Shown: in pieces, positions 9,184-21,370 of the stretch
Layout of the letters: every line of letters starts with the position of its first letter
Numbering within the stretch: the first letter of the stretch is position 1
NCBI GenBank assembly: GCA_024137785.1
Contig: JAHRHZ010000095.1
Location: 10,356,203 to 10,420,202 of the forward strand
Origin: Ginglymostoma cirratum
Lineage: Eukaryota
Direction: 5' to 3'
Length of the DNA stretch: 64,000 nucleotides
The notes under the pieces: generated by a model
Told to the model about the DNA's origin: nothing
The model's input: only the letters and a program-made list of their open reading frames with translations
The model's database searches: none
Program-made: the position numbers and the translations under genes

Positions 9184-11998
9184 ATGAATAAGGTTTCAAG
9201 GTCGCAGGAGTGTACTGGCAGGCAGGAACGTGGTTTGAAGTGTGTCTACTTCAACGCCAGGAGCATCCGGAATAAGGTGGGTGAACTTGCAGCATGGGTT
9301 GGTACCTGGGACTTTGATGTTGTGGCCATTTCGGAGACATGGATAGAGCATGGACAGGAATGGTTGTTGCAGGTTCTGGGGTTTAGATGTTTCAGCAAGA
9401 TCAGGGAAGGTGGTAAAAGAGAGGGAGGTGTGGCATTGTTAGTCAAGGATAGTATTACTGTGGTAGAAAGGACATTTGATGAGGACTCGTCTACTGAGGT
9501 AGTATGGGCTGAGGTTAGAAACAGGAAAGGAGAGGTCACCCTGTTGGGAGTTTTCTACAGGCCTCCGAAAAGTTCCAGAGATGTAGAGGAAAGGATTGCA
9601 AAGATGATTCTGGATAGGAGAGAAGGTAACAGGGTAGTTGTTATGGGGGACTTCAACTTTCCAAATATTGACTGGAAACGCTATAGTTCGAGTACTTTAG
9701 ATGGTTCAGTTTTTGTCCAATGTGTGCAGGAGGGTTTCCTGACACAGTATGTAGATAGGCCAACAAGAGGCGAGGCAACATTGGATTTGGTACTAAATAA
9801 TGAACCAGGCCAGGTGTTAGAATTGGAGGTAGGTGAGCACTTCAGTGATAGTGACCACAATTCGGTTACGTTTACTTTAGCGATGGAAAGGGATAGGTAT
9901 ATATTGCAGGGAAAGAGTTTTAGCTGGGGGAAAGGCAATTATGAGGCGATTAGGCAAGATTTAGGATGCATAGCATGGAGAAGGAAACTGCAAGGGCTGG
10001 GCACAATTGAAATGTGGAACTTGTTCAAGGAACAGCTACTGCATGTCCTTGATAAATATGTACCTATCAGGCAGGGAGGAAGCGGTCGAGCGAGGGAACC
10101 ATGGTTTACTAAAGAATCTCTTGTCAAGAGGAAGAAGGAGGCTTATGTAAAGATGAGGCGTGAAGGCTCAGTTAGGGCGCTTGAGAGTTACAAGTTAGCC
10201 AGGAAGGACCTAAAGAGAGAGCTAAGAATAGCCAGGAGGGAACATGAGAAGTCTTTGGCAGGTAGGATCAAGGAAAGCCCTAAAGCTTTCTATAGGTATG
10301 TCAGGAACAAAAGAATGACTAGAGTAAATTTAGGACCAGTCAAGGACAGTAGTGGGAAGTTGTGCGTGGAGTCCGAAGAGATAGGAGAGGCGCTAAATGA
10401 ATATTTTTCGTCAGTATTCACACATGAAAAAGACAATATTGTCAAGGAGGATGCTGAGATACAGGCTATTGGACTAGACAGGATTGAGGTTCACAAGGAG
10501 GAGGTGTTAGCAATTCTGGAAAGTGTGAAAATAGATAAGTCACCTGGGCCAGATGGGATTTATCCTTGGATTCTCTGGGAAGCTAGGGAGGAGATTGCAG
10601 AGCCTTTGGCTTTGATCTTTATGTCATCATTGTCTACAGGAATAGTGCCAGAAGTCTGGAGGATAGCAAATGTTGTCCCCTTGTTCACGTAGGGGAGTAG
10701 AGACAACCCTGGTAATTATAGACCAGTGAGCCTTACTTTGGTTGTGGGTAAAATGTTGGAAAGGATTGTAAGGGATAGGATTTATAATCATCTAGAAAGG
10801 AATAATTTGATTAGGGATAGTCAACACAGTTTTGTGAAGGGTAGGTCGTGCCTCTCAAACCTTATTGAGTTCTTTGAGAAGGTGACCAAACAGGTGGATG
10901 AGGGTGAAGCGGTTGATGTGGTGTATATGGATTTCAGTAAAGCGTTTGATAAGGTTCCCCACAGCAGGCTATTGCAGAAAATACGGAGGCATGGGATTGA
11001 GGGTGATTTAGTGGTTTAGATCAGAAATTGGCTAGCTGTAAGAAGACAGAGGGTGGTGGTTGATGGGAAATGTTCATCCTGGAGTTCAGTTAATAGTGGT
11101 GTACCACAAGGATCTGTTTTGGGTCCACTGCTGTTTGTCATTTCTATAAATGACCTGGATGAGGGTGTAGAAGGATGGGTTAGTAAATTTGCAGATGACA
11201 CTAAAGTCGGTGGAGTGGTGGATAGAGTGGAAGGATGTTGCAGGTTACAGAGGGACATAGATAAGCTACAGAGCTGGACTGAGAGGTGGCAAATGGAGTT
11301 TAATGCGGAAAAGTGTGAGGTGATTCTCTTTGGAAGGAGTAACAGGAATATAGAGTACAGGGCTAATGGTAAGATTCTTGGTAGTGTGGATTAGCAGAGA
11401 GATCTCGGTGTCCATGTGCATAGATCCCTGAAAGTTGCCACCCGGGTTGATAGGGTTGTTAGGAAGGCATACGGTGTGTTAGGTTTTATTGATAGAGGGA
11501 TTGAGTTTCGGAGCCGTGAGGTCATGTTGCAGCTGTACAAAACTCTGGTGCGGCCGCACTTGGAGTATTGCGTACAGTTCTGGTCACCGCATTATAGTAA
11601 GGATGTAGAAGCATTGGAAAGTGTGCAGAGGAGATTTACCAGGATGTTGCCTGGTCTGGAGCGAAGGTCTTATGAGGAAAGGCTGAGGGACTTGAGGCTG
11701 TTTTCGTTAGGAGAGAAGAAGGTTAAGAGGTGATTTAATAGAGACCTACAAGGTGATCAGAGGATTAGATAAGGTGGACAGTGAGAGCCTTTTTCCTCAG
11801 ATGGTGATGGCTAGCACGAGGGAACATAGCCTTAAATTGAGGGGTGATAGATATAGGACAGATAGCAGACATAGGTTCTTTACTCAGAGAGTAGTAAAGG
11901 CATGGAATGCCCTGCCTGCAACAGTAGTAGACTTGGCAACTTTAAGGGCATTTAAATGGTCATTGGATAAACATATGGATGATGAGGGAATAGTATAG
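9184..11998 (+). pseudogene. CR1 ORF2 (APE endonuclease + reverse transcriptase), disrupted
   Basis: APE motifs YFNARS, ISETW, YRPP, GDFN, LDL, SDH; RT motifs YRPVSL, DFSKAFD, GVPQGSVLGP, FADD; in-frame TAG at 10690, 11017 and 11392; +1 frameshift near 11710. Confidence 0.95.
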
Positions 11999-13252
11999 GT
12001 TATATGGGCTTCAGATTGGTTTCACAGGTCGGCGCAACATCGAGGGCCGAAGGGCCTGTACTGCGCTGTAATGTTCTATGTACTCACCTAAATTCCGTTA
12101 GTGTTACTGTTATTGCGGATTGCATTTGCCATTTTTTAAATCAAGATCAATTTTACTTGCATTATTCTTGCATTATTCTATCAGAATGGTAGAAGGGTTT
12201 CAGTAAAGTGCTTAACCAGGGATATTTAGGGGTCATAACAGTAAAAATCATAACATGCACAATGGAATTCCTAAATTCCCAACGCTTTATCCTTCTGAAC
12301 CCACTGCTTCTAATCTCCAGTTTTTTGTTCTACGCTCCTGAAGCCTTTTTGGAATTTTCTTGTACATTAAAGTTCTTGCAAACTCGTGTGATCTGTTGTG
12401 GGGCCCTCCATCAGTTACATGGAAGACTCTCATCAATTAAGTGCATTATGACAGAGAAGGCATTAAATTTAGATTGAAAGCAAAAAAGAGAGAGGAAGGA
12501 ACCAACAAGAATGAAAACAAAAGAAAATAAATGTTGATCATAAGTAAAAGTGCTCATAAACCTTTAAGATTGTCATTACAAATCCATCTGGTTGAATAAT
12601 GTCCTTCAAGGAAGGAAACCCCCTATGAATGCCCTTGTGCAACTCTAGTCCCTCACCATTGGTGCCCTTTCTGTCCTTAGATACAGGTACCTGCTGCCAT
12701 CAATTCTTAACCTCATCTAACTTTTTTTTTTGTGGCATCTACTCATTCTAACTTGTTTCCTGTGATCCGTGCCTACTCTTCCAGGGCTTGTGCTGTGTGG
12801 ACCACTTCTCCTTGTCTCCTCTCAGTTCCACCTTTAACTCGGTCATTATGCCCCACTGTCACTTAAATCATGCTAAATTACCACAGCCTGACATCTATTC
12901 TTTGTCCTTCCCTGTTGCTCCCCCTGTCAGCACAGCACCGGTTTTATAATAGTGACCAAACCCTATAGTTTGTCTGTTTCCTCTTCTCCATTATCTTTTC
13001 ATAGTTGCGTACTCTGCCAGTTTTCATCATGTTTTCTGAAGATACTTTCTCATTGCCTCATTCACGCATGTTTTTGGTACATGGCCTTGCGTGCACGTGT
13101 CTAATTAATTATATGTTGTAATTCAGTTGTGGCATGATTGGCAAAATGGCTGGTTTTTCTTGGGGTTTGGGGCTGTAATGATGTGTTGGTCTTGTTAACT
13201 TAATTTACTTGTGTGCAACAAGATGAAGTGTTTCAAAATTGTTTGTTGCTAG

Positions 13253-13360
13253 GAGCCGAATGTACTTCTGCAGTCGATGCAATTGCTGCAAAGCCTTGCT
13301 CCGCTTAGAAATCATCTCTCGGATTTGCCCCACAAAACTATGATAGACATCCTGTCTGAG
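13253..13360 (+). CDS. MYBBP1A: MYBBP1A exon (~5), EPNVLLQSMQLLQSLAPLRNHLSDLPHKTMIDILSE
   Basis: ttgctag| acceptor, |gtaagg donor, 108 nt, ends DILSE. Confidence 0.92.
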
Positions 13361-14954
13361 GTAAGGCTTGCATTATATCAGTGAAATGTATTCTGTGTAA
13401 TGTTCTTGAATAGCTTAGTTTGTAAACATATAGTTTCTTATGAGTTGCTTAGAGACTCTTTAGGAATCATCCCTCAATTAATCTCATTGAATTTCTTTGA
13501 TGTGGGGCACTAGCTTTGTGGATGGGGGCAGGGGGGATGGTGGGAAGTGTCCACAAACTCGTCGCTATGGATATCACGAAAGCATTTGATGAGTTCATCT
13601 ACAACAGATTGTTAACACAGAATAGTAGTAAGCATGTAATGTAGGTTAGCAATTGGCCAGGAGGTATATGGGTGAAAACTGAATCTCAGGCCAAATGTTG
13701 CAGAATTAAATTAGACATGCATCATTTTCTTGATAATTGATTTATTTACGGATTGCAGCATTCCGCGTGTCTGTTCCCTATTTACTAACAAAGTGTCCCA
13801 GCAGTGTCTCTTTATAAGTGCTGTGGGTATTTAATTATGCTTATTCCTGTTGCAATTAGAGTTTTTGCTCATCCATAACTGTCTGGGAGCATGTGCATTG
13901 CATCTTGCAATGCACGGTCAGTCTTTTGTACCATTTGCAAAAATCACCAAATATGCTTTACTTTGGAACATGTTCCAGTGAACAGTGGGACTTCACTGTG
14001 ATGTGTCATTAACAGAATGGATGATGGATGTGCTGTCTGATCAAACGATATGATAAGTGGAGTTCTTGTGGAAATATGCTGTGCCGTGAGCTTTTCTCTG
14101 CTGATCTCTGAATGGGATGGAGAGCTTGAGAGTATGTACCCAAGTCCACCAATGAAATCATATCAAGAGGGACAATAAGTTTTATTCAACATAGAAACAA
14201 AAATTGCTGGAGGGGGTTGCATTATCTCACTTCAGAGTGAGAAGGCACAAAATAGATTAGCCGGGACTTAAAGGTTTTTAACTGTGAACAAGTTGCGTCA
14301 TCATCTATTCCCTTGAGTTTGGGTAGCTGAGTGGTAATCCAATTGAAGTGTTTAAAATGGTAATGGAGTTATGAGGGAGTTCCTCAAGCATACGGTGTGA
14401 CTGGAAGCGTATTACAATAGTGACTACTGCTGGCCTAGCCGTAGGATAAGGAATTACTTGGTGTCAGAGTAAATGATATGAATTAACATCTGTAATAAGT
14501 CAGCAACTCTATCTGTATGTTTTAATTTTTTTTAAGCTGGCTGTATTAGTTCAGCTCCATTACATTGCCTAGCTTAATAATTACTTCTAATCTACTTAGT
14601 ACCCAGAGCAAAAATTGAAATCTTAATAGCAAGACACCCTCTGAGGCAAGCTACATACTTGAAGAATAGTATGTGTATGGAGATCTGTTGAGGACTCGTT
14701 CCTAATGCCTTGTGATGCCTTTTTGTCAAAGGCTTCTAGTCATGGGTCATACACTGCTCATGACCAGAGGCATGGGAGAACATGCAAAACCGTTAACAGG
14801 AATGATGCCAGAACTGTCAAGAATGTGCAACAGATTAGGGTTTTTCTTCCAGAAAAGAAAAGGCAGAGTGTTAACCTAATAGTGCTCTTTAAAACTATGA
14901 AGGGGATTGATTAGGTAAATGTAGAGAATGGTTCCAGTTGTGGGGGTGTCTGAC

Positions 14955-15230
14955 AAGTAAAAGGACAAGGGCAGCAGATACATGGGAACACCACCACCTG
15001 CAAGCCCTCTATCCAAGCCACTCACCAGCCCGACTTGGAAAGATATCACCGTTCCATCAGTGTTGTTGGGTCAAAATCCTGGAACTACCGAACAGCGTTG
15101 TGGGTGTCCTACACCCCAGGGATGATAGTGGTTCAAGAAGGCAATTCATCACTACCTTCTCCAGGGTAATTAGAGATGGCTAGTAAACATTGGCCCCTTG
15201 GCAACAAAATCCACATCCCCTGAATGAATG
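14955..15230 (+). mobile_element. 3' end of a second non-LTR (probably CR1-clade) family
   Basis: aggacaagggcagcagatacatgggaacaccaccacctgcaag...gggtcaaaatcctggaac...cacatcccctgaatgaat; copies at 16095-16600, 47690-48135 and 51835-52200 (-). Confidence 0.6.
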
Positions 15231-15615
15231 GTAAGGGGCATCACTGATAAATCCAATGAAGAACTTCTTCGCCCATAGAATGATTATAACGTGGAACTTG
15301 CCACCATGAGGGGCAATTGTCATAATCAGTATAGATCCATTTAAGTGGATCTATACTTAATATGATGGATGTACAGACGGTTGTGCTGATTGAGTTGAGT
15401 GAAGTTGGATGGGGAGAAGGCTTGTACACACTAGTGCTGTTGCAATGCCATAAATTCTATGCCACTTGGCTGAATTATCAAAGAATTATTTACCTTATCT
15501 GAGGAAATAAATGACCTCTTGAAAGAATGTGTTACATTGGCAAAAAAGTAGTAAATTAATAGTGCAGGATGGTACATAGCATTCATTCTTGAATTACCAC
15601 TTTGTATTGCTGCAG

Positions 15616-15806
15616 ACCCCAGAGGCTGTCTTCAAGGAGACTCTGTTTGACGTCTTAAAACCCGATTTGTCGACGGCCTTAACCAACCCGCAGCAGTTAC
15701 ATTTGCTGCTGGTTGCACTGCAACGCTTCCCAAATGTTCTGAAGCCCCAGAAGTTGAAGGCTTTGCTTGGATCAACTGTCATCGTGACATCAGAAAATGT
15801 TCCCAA
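15616..15806 (+). CDS. MYBBP1A: MYBBP1A exon (~6), TPEAVFKETLFDVLKPDL...SENVPK
   Basis: gctgcag| acceptor, AA|gtaagc donor, 191 nt, phase 0-2. Confidence 0.92.
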
Positions 15807-16094
15807 GTAAGCACTTTGTAAATCTTATTGGATAATACCAAGAGAGATGGGGGTCCGGGGTTTGTGGTATTCGAGATGACATAAGATAAATTAAGTGTGT
15901 TCAGTCATAGGACAATTATAGCAGAGAAAGGGACCATTCAGCCCATCTTGACCTTGCTGACCTATCCTTGCTTTGTTGCCTTGTCCCACACCCCATCTTT
16001 TCGCCAGAACCCAGCAAATGTTTTCTCTTTGGATAACTATCCAATCTTCTTTTGAAAGCCATAAATGAATCTGCATCCAGCACACTGGATGTAC

Positions 16095-16600
16095 GCGCAA
16101 GGGCAGCAGATGACCCCACCAACTGCAAGTGCCTCTCCAAGCCACTCACCAACCTGTGTTGAAACTTTGTTTTTATTTGTTCTTGGGATGTGGGTATTGC
16201 TGGTCTAGGACAGCATTTGTTGTTCATCGCAAATTGCCAAGGGGGTACTTGAGAGTCAACCAGTTGCTATGGGCCATCAGAAGACTAATTTTAATTTCCA
16301 GATTTTTACTGAATTCAAATTTCACCAGTTGTTGTAGTGGGATTCAAACAGGTCCTTAGAATATGAGGCTGTAGTTCTGGATTACTAATTGTGTGACATT
16401 TCCACTATGCCACGACCTGCCCTTCAGTGTTGCTGGATTAAGGTCCTGGAACTCCCACCTTTAATGGCATTGTGGGTCTACCCACACCACATGGACTGCA
16501 GTGGTTGAAGAAGGCATTTCATGACTACCTTGTCAAGGATAACTAGGGATAAGTAATAGATGCTGGCCTAGGCAGCGATGCTCATATCCCACAAATAAAT
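16095..16600 (+). mobile_element. Same LINE 3' end interrupted by an antisense tRNA-derived SINE (~16170-16420)
   Basis: LINE sequence stops after aagccactcacc and resumes at cttcagtgttgctgg; the insert matches 45405-45761. Confidence 0.55.
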
Positions 16601-16986
16601 TTTTCAAAAAGACACTCCAGAGAAGTATATTATAGATCCTAACCGCGTAATATGTACAAATATTTTTTTCCTTACGTTGATAGCCATTCTTCTTAAACTA
16701 GTGTCCTCTAGTTCTTTACCCTTCTGTCAATGTTTTCAGTTTTGCCCTGCCCACTCAGTTTAAACACCTCTATGAAAACTTCCTCTCAAGAATGTCTTCC
16801 AATGGGAACAGCTTCAGCTTCTGTAAAATATCCACATCACTGATCCCAAGAACCTTTCTCATGAATCGTTTCTGTAGCATGAGTTTCTCGCCCATTTGAA
16901 AGCGCAAATGGACAACATCACTGTCTAATCCAGGTCTGGCTTTGTTACATGTTTAAGTGATTAGTTTCTTCTTCCTTTTAATTCAG

Positions 16987-17154
16987 GTTAATCCAGGTGT
17001 TGAAAATTGCTGCCAAGACTGTGAAGAAGGCTCAGAGTCTGCCACCTCTTGCCATGAGCCTGGTGCATGTCACCTTGAAGGAGGACACATTTGAAACTTT
17101 CTGGAAGGAGCTGGTAGAGAATGGCTTGCTCAAATCCCAGACGGGGCCCAACTG
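16987..17154 (+). CDS. MYBBP1A: MYBBP1A exon (~7), LIQVLKIAAKTVKK...FWKELVENGLLKSQTGPN
   Basis: attcag| acceptor, TG|gtacgt donor, 168 nt, phase 2-2. Confidence 0.93.
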
Positions 17155-17609
17155 GTACGTGATAGTGACCATCCAAGTGGCATCAGTGTACAGTCAAGAG
17201 CTTGCAATCATAATGTGGGATGCCAATGCAGAACCTTTTGACAATAGATCAAATAACTCCAGGTGATTTTGTACACCAGCCTGCCTTGAGACACTAGGCA
17301 GTGACATGTTAATGCCAGATTGTGCACAGGATCTCTCAAACGGGATCACGATAATGAACAGGTAATCTGATTTAGTTATTTAGTTGAGGCACGAATATTG
17401 GCTAGGGCACCCAGTTTAGTTATCCTGCTCCTGTTTGATATATTGTGTGAATCCTTTTTATCCACCTGAGGAAGTGGGCTCAAAAGAAGGCACCTCTATC
17501 AGTGCAGCTCTTCTTTTGGTCAACGCTGTGGTGAACTGTTTGATTTCTGTGCTCAAGTCCTGAGTCCTGTGCTTAAGTTCTGACGACTTAAACTTGAAAT
17601 AGGTCCAAC

Positions 17610-18230
17610 AGTAACAGCAATTTGTATTCGTTCAGCATTTTTAATATAAAATGTACTGTGGTTTTGTTTTAACTGACAAGAGCATTCTGAACAAACTTGA
17701 TACCAATTCACATAAAGCGAGGTTAAGGCAGATGGCCAAAAGCCTATTCAAAGAATTAGGGCTTGAGGAAAGCCATAAAGTTGGAGAGCTTTAAGGAGGG
17801 CATTTCAGAGTTTGGAGCCAGGCACACTAGTGATGGAGCATTGACACTAGGAGTGTGCAAGATGTCAAGAGTTTGAAGAATGCAGAGGTTGTATTAAGGG
17901 AGGAACCTACACAGATAGGGAGGGGGTAAGACCATGGATGATTTTCAAAACAAGGATGAGAATTTGAAGATCTTAGCACTACCAAAATGGAGGCCACCGT
18001 AGGTCAGTGAGGATAGGTGCAACATATTTGGTTTGTGTTAGGGTATGGGCGAGTAGTTTTAGATGCGCTAATTACACAGAGGTGGAATATTGGAAGGTGA
18101 TCAGGAATGGTCATGGCTAGAGGTGACAAAGGCATGGATGAAGGCTCCTGCAGCAGATGAGTTGAGCAGGATATGTGATTGGAAGTCCAACTCTGGGACA
18201 AATGCTACCCACCAGGTTCTGAAGAATCAA
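17610..18230 (-). mobile_element. L2-type LINE 3' fragment
   Basis: ttttcaaaacaaggatgagaattt, ctagaggtgacaaaggcatggatga are the reverse complement of motifs at 3030-3400. Confidence 0.55.
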
Positions 18231-18337
18231 AGGTCACCTAATCTGCTGTCAGAAGGACTACCGAATTGCAGGTAGAATTAATGTTTTCTTCCGGCTCCCC
18301 CTAACATAGGCTGATACTAACCCTCTATGATCAGAGG

Positions 18338-18468
18338 TCTGATGAAGAGTACCTGGACTCAAAATGTGAACTCTGCTTTCTTTCCACAGATGCTGCCAGA
18401 CCTGCTGAATTTCACCAGCAGTTTCTGTTTTTGTTTCAGATTTCCGGCATCCACAGTTCTTTGTTTTA
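18338..18468 (+). mobile_element. Penelope-like terminal repeat, older subfamily, decayed hammerhead core
   Basis: CTGATGAAGAGTACCTGGACTC-AAAATGT followed by acagatgctgccagacctgctg. Confidence 0.6.
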
Positions 18469-19184
18469 TTTTAACATGTCCAGTCTAGTCTTTTTCTAGC
18501 CTGTATGTCCCAGTGCCAAATAGGTCTCCTGGTCTAGAACAGGCAGGGAAGGGAGAGCTTTAGAATAATTCTTCTTTGTTCTCTGAGAAACTAGTGGTTA
18601 AATATACAGTGAAGGTGATGTCTAAGTTGTGACATCCTGTAGGTTTTGTGACCTACAAACCAGTGCCTTGTGTATCAATGCATTTGCTATTTGCTGTCCA
18701 GTATAAAATTCATCAAGCCAACTTTCAAACTCATGTCTCCAATGAGCTAACTATATTGAATGCTGTGTTACAAAGCCTGTTGTTGTTCATTTCATGGCTT
18801 AGGGAGCAATGCACGTCAACCTGTGCACAAAAAAGCCTGATTTTTCTTTTAAAAGTATGTGCTGTCAACCAGTGTGAGATGTGACTTTGCTGATTTGTTT
18901 TCTTTTAAATGCATGTCGCCTCTAGTTTCCAGGAAAAGTAGAGTGCCAGGGTGTTTGTAGATCTCCTGGCCATATTAAGTCGGTCTATTTCAGACAGTTG
19001 TTTGGGCTCAACTTCTGTGCATGCTGTTTGTTTCATAGCATTGTTGAGTGTACTTTTGTTAGAAATCAATTATAGCAGAGGATTTGAAAACTTGCATCTT
19101 TCAGAACCGCTGTACTAAGATATATTTCCTCACTTGAAAGGTTAATTTATTAGTGGTTAACTTATGAGACATTCATAAATATTG

Positions 19185-19500
19185 TGGAACTAATCAGGTC
19201 AGGCAGCGGACAATGGGAGTGGAAGGCAGAGCTACCGTTTCAAGTCAGTGACCTTTCATCAAACATCGAAGAAACTGCGGTAACAGGTTTTAAGCAAGTA
19301 CAAGGGGACAGGATTTCATAGCACCCTTTCACCCTATCGCTGGCCTTGCTTTTTGGTCTGAAAGCGCCAATCCCACACCCAGCTCCTCCCACCTTTCCGG
19401 ATCTGTACTTGGCCTAAAACCTTTCATCTCTCATTTTGTCCAGTTCTGACGTAAGGTTATTAACCTGACATGTTGGCTATCTTTCTCCATTGGCCAACTA
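19185..19500. mobile_element. Head-to-head pair of old Penelope-like terminal repeats
   Basis: aggttttaagcaagtaca (19285-19302) pairs with tgtacttggcctaaaacct (19404-19422); decayed cores on both arms. Confidence 0.5.
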
Positions 19501-19795
19501 GCTATTGTTTGCATCTGCTTAACTTGTTTTTACATCAGAAACTTTAAAATGTGGCTTTCCAATTAAACTACTCAGTAGCTATTTTTGCTTGCAGTTTTGT
19601 GTTAAGTGATGGTATTGGCTTTGCAATATATTTCACTTTTAAAACCCTGTCAAATGTTTCGCTGGCCATTGATTATTGTGGGCTAGTCACATTCACAAGT
19701 GCCTTGACTGTGGGTGATGGGGTCTGTACTTTCACGCATAGAAGACATACCAAAGCTGGATGGTCCCCACTACCAAGTGAGTGCATTTGATGTAA

Positions 19796-20015
19796 GAACA
19801 GAAAGTGCTGGAGAAATTCAGCAGGTCTGGCAACATTTATGGAAAGATGAAATGACTTAGCCTGCACTATAACGCTTCTTCAGAACTGAATTTAGGTTTG
19901 CTCTTTGATTCGAAAGGAGAGTCATATTGAACCCATAGATGCTGCCAGACTTGGCAAGTTTCTCCAGCACAGTTTGTTTTCACTTCTGATCTCCCACATT
20001 GCATTATTTTGCTTT
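19796..20015. mobile_element. Head-to-head pair of Penelope-like terminal repeats
   Basis: 19805-19842 is approximately the reverse complement of 19933-19970. Confidence 0.6.
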
Positions 20016-20477
20016 TAAGTTGTTTGCTTTTGTAAATTTGTAAAATTTGTAAAGGTTGTGCTGGTTGTGAGGCGTTATTACAGCTTTCACCTGTCTCTGG
20101 ACATTACGTGGGACCTTTGGGAAATGGGAATGGTCGTTTGTTGTAGTCCCTGTTGATGGGAAGCTTGACCTATACGATTCATGCTTTAATTGCCTTGATC
20201 TACAGCATCAAACTGGGGTTTAGGGAAAGATTTTTGTTGTGCTGCTGCTGAGGTACTATTCCTGCGTGAATGAGTGATCATGTTCCACTGGTAACTGGTG
20301 GACAAACATTTCTGGCATTTCAGTGAAAGTGAATGTGCATTTGCCATTTAACAGTATCAGAATCTGCTGAAAGGACACCTCATCCTGAAACTGTAACTGT
20401 TTTTTGCCATACCTGTTCAGTATTTCTAGCACATTGTGTCTATGTAAGACATCACTCAATTCTTACATGTTATAAGA

Positions 20478-21370
20478 GTCATACGGCACGGAAACAGACC
20501 CTTCAGTTCAAGCAGTCCATACCAAAAGTATTCCCAAACTAAACTAGTTGCACCTGCCTGCTTCGGACCCATATCCCTCCAAACCCTTCCTATTCATGTA
20601 CTTCTTCAAATCCCTTTTAAACATTGTAATTGCGTCCATATCTACCATTTCCTGAGGAAGTTCATTCCACATACAAACTACCGTCTGTGTAAAAGATTTG
20701 CCCCCTTTTTTTTTTTAAAATCTCTCCCCCCTCACCTTGAAAAAATGCTCCTTAGTCTTGAAATCCCGCATCATAGGGAAAAGACACCTGCCATTAACCC
20801 TATCTATATTCCTCATCATTTTATAAACTTCTATAAGGTAACCTTTCGACCTCCTCCGCTCCAGTGAAAAAAGTCTCAGCCTATCCAGCCTTTCCTTATA
20901 ACTCAAACCTTCCAGACCTGGCAACATCTTTGTAAATCTCTTCTGAACCCTCTCCAGTTTGATAATATCCTTCCTATAACCGGGCAACCAGAACTGAACA
21001 CAGTATTCCAGAAGAGGCCTCACCAATGTCTTGTACACCTCAACACTCAAAGGACTGACAAATGAAAGCAAGCGTGCTAAATGCCTTTTTAACCACCCTG
21101 TCTATATGTGATGCAAACTTCAAAGAATTTTGTACCTGCACCCCTAGGTCCCTCTGCCTTACAACACTTCCCTAGGCCCTACCATTAATTGTGTAAGTCC
21201 TGCTGCTGTTTGTTTACCAAAATGCAACGCTTCACATTTATCCACATTGAATTCCATCTGCCATTTTTCAGTCCATTGACACATTTGATCAAGATCCCTC
21301 TTCTAATCTTAGAAAACCTTCTTCACTGTCTGTTGTGCTACTAGTTTCCCTGTCATCCGCAAACTGACTA
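20478..21370 (-). mobile_element. CR1 LINE 3' fragment
   Basis: ORF 20715..21071 YKTLVRPLLEYCVQFWLPGYRKDIIKLERVQKRFT. Confidence 0.9.

Larger units (their letters stand above)
8619..12081 (+). mobile_element. 5'-truncated CR1 LINE (~3.5 kb): partial ORF1, full ORF2 and 3' UTR
   Basis: Esterase ORF1 followed by APE endonuclease and RT; ends gggcctgtactgcgctgtaatgttctatgt. Confidence 0.95.
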
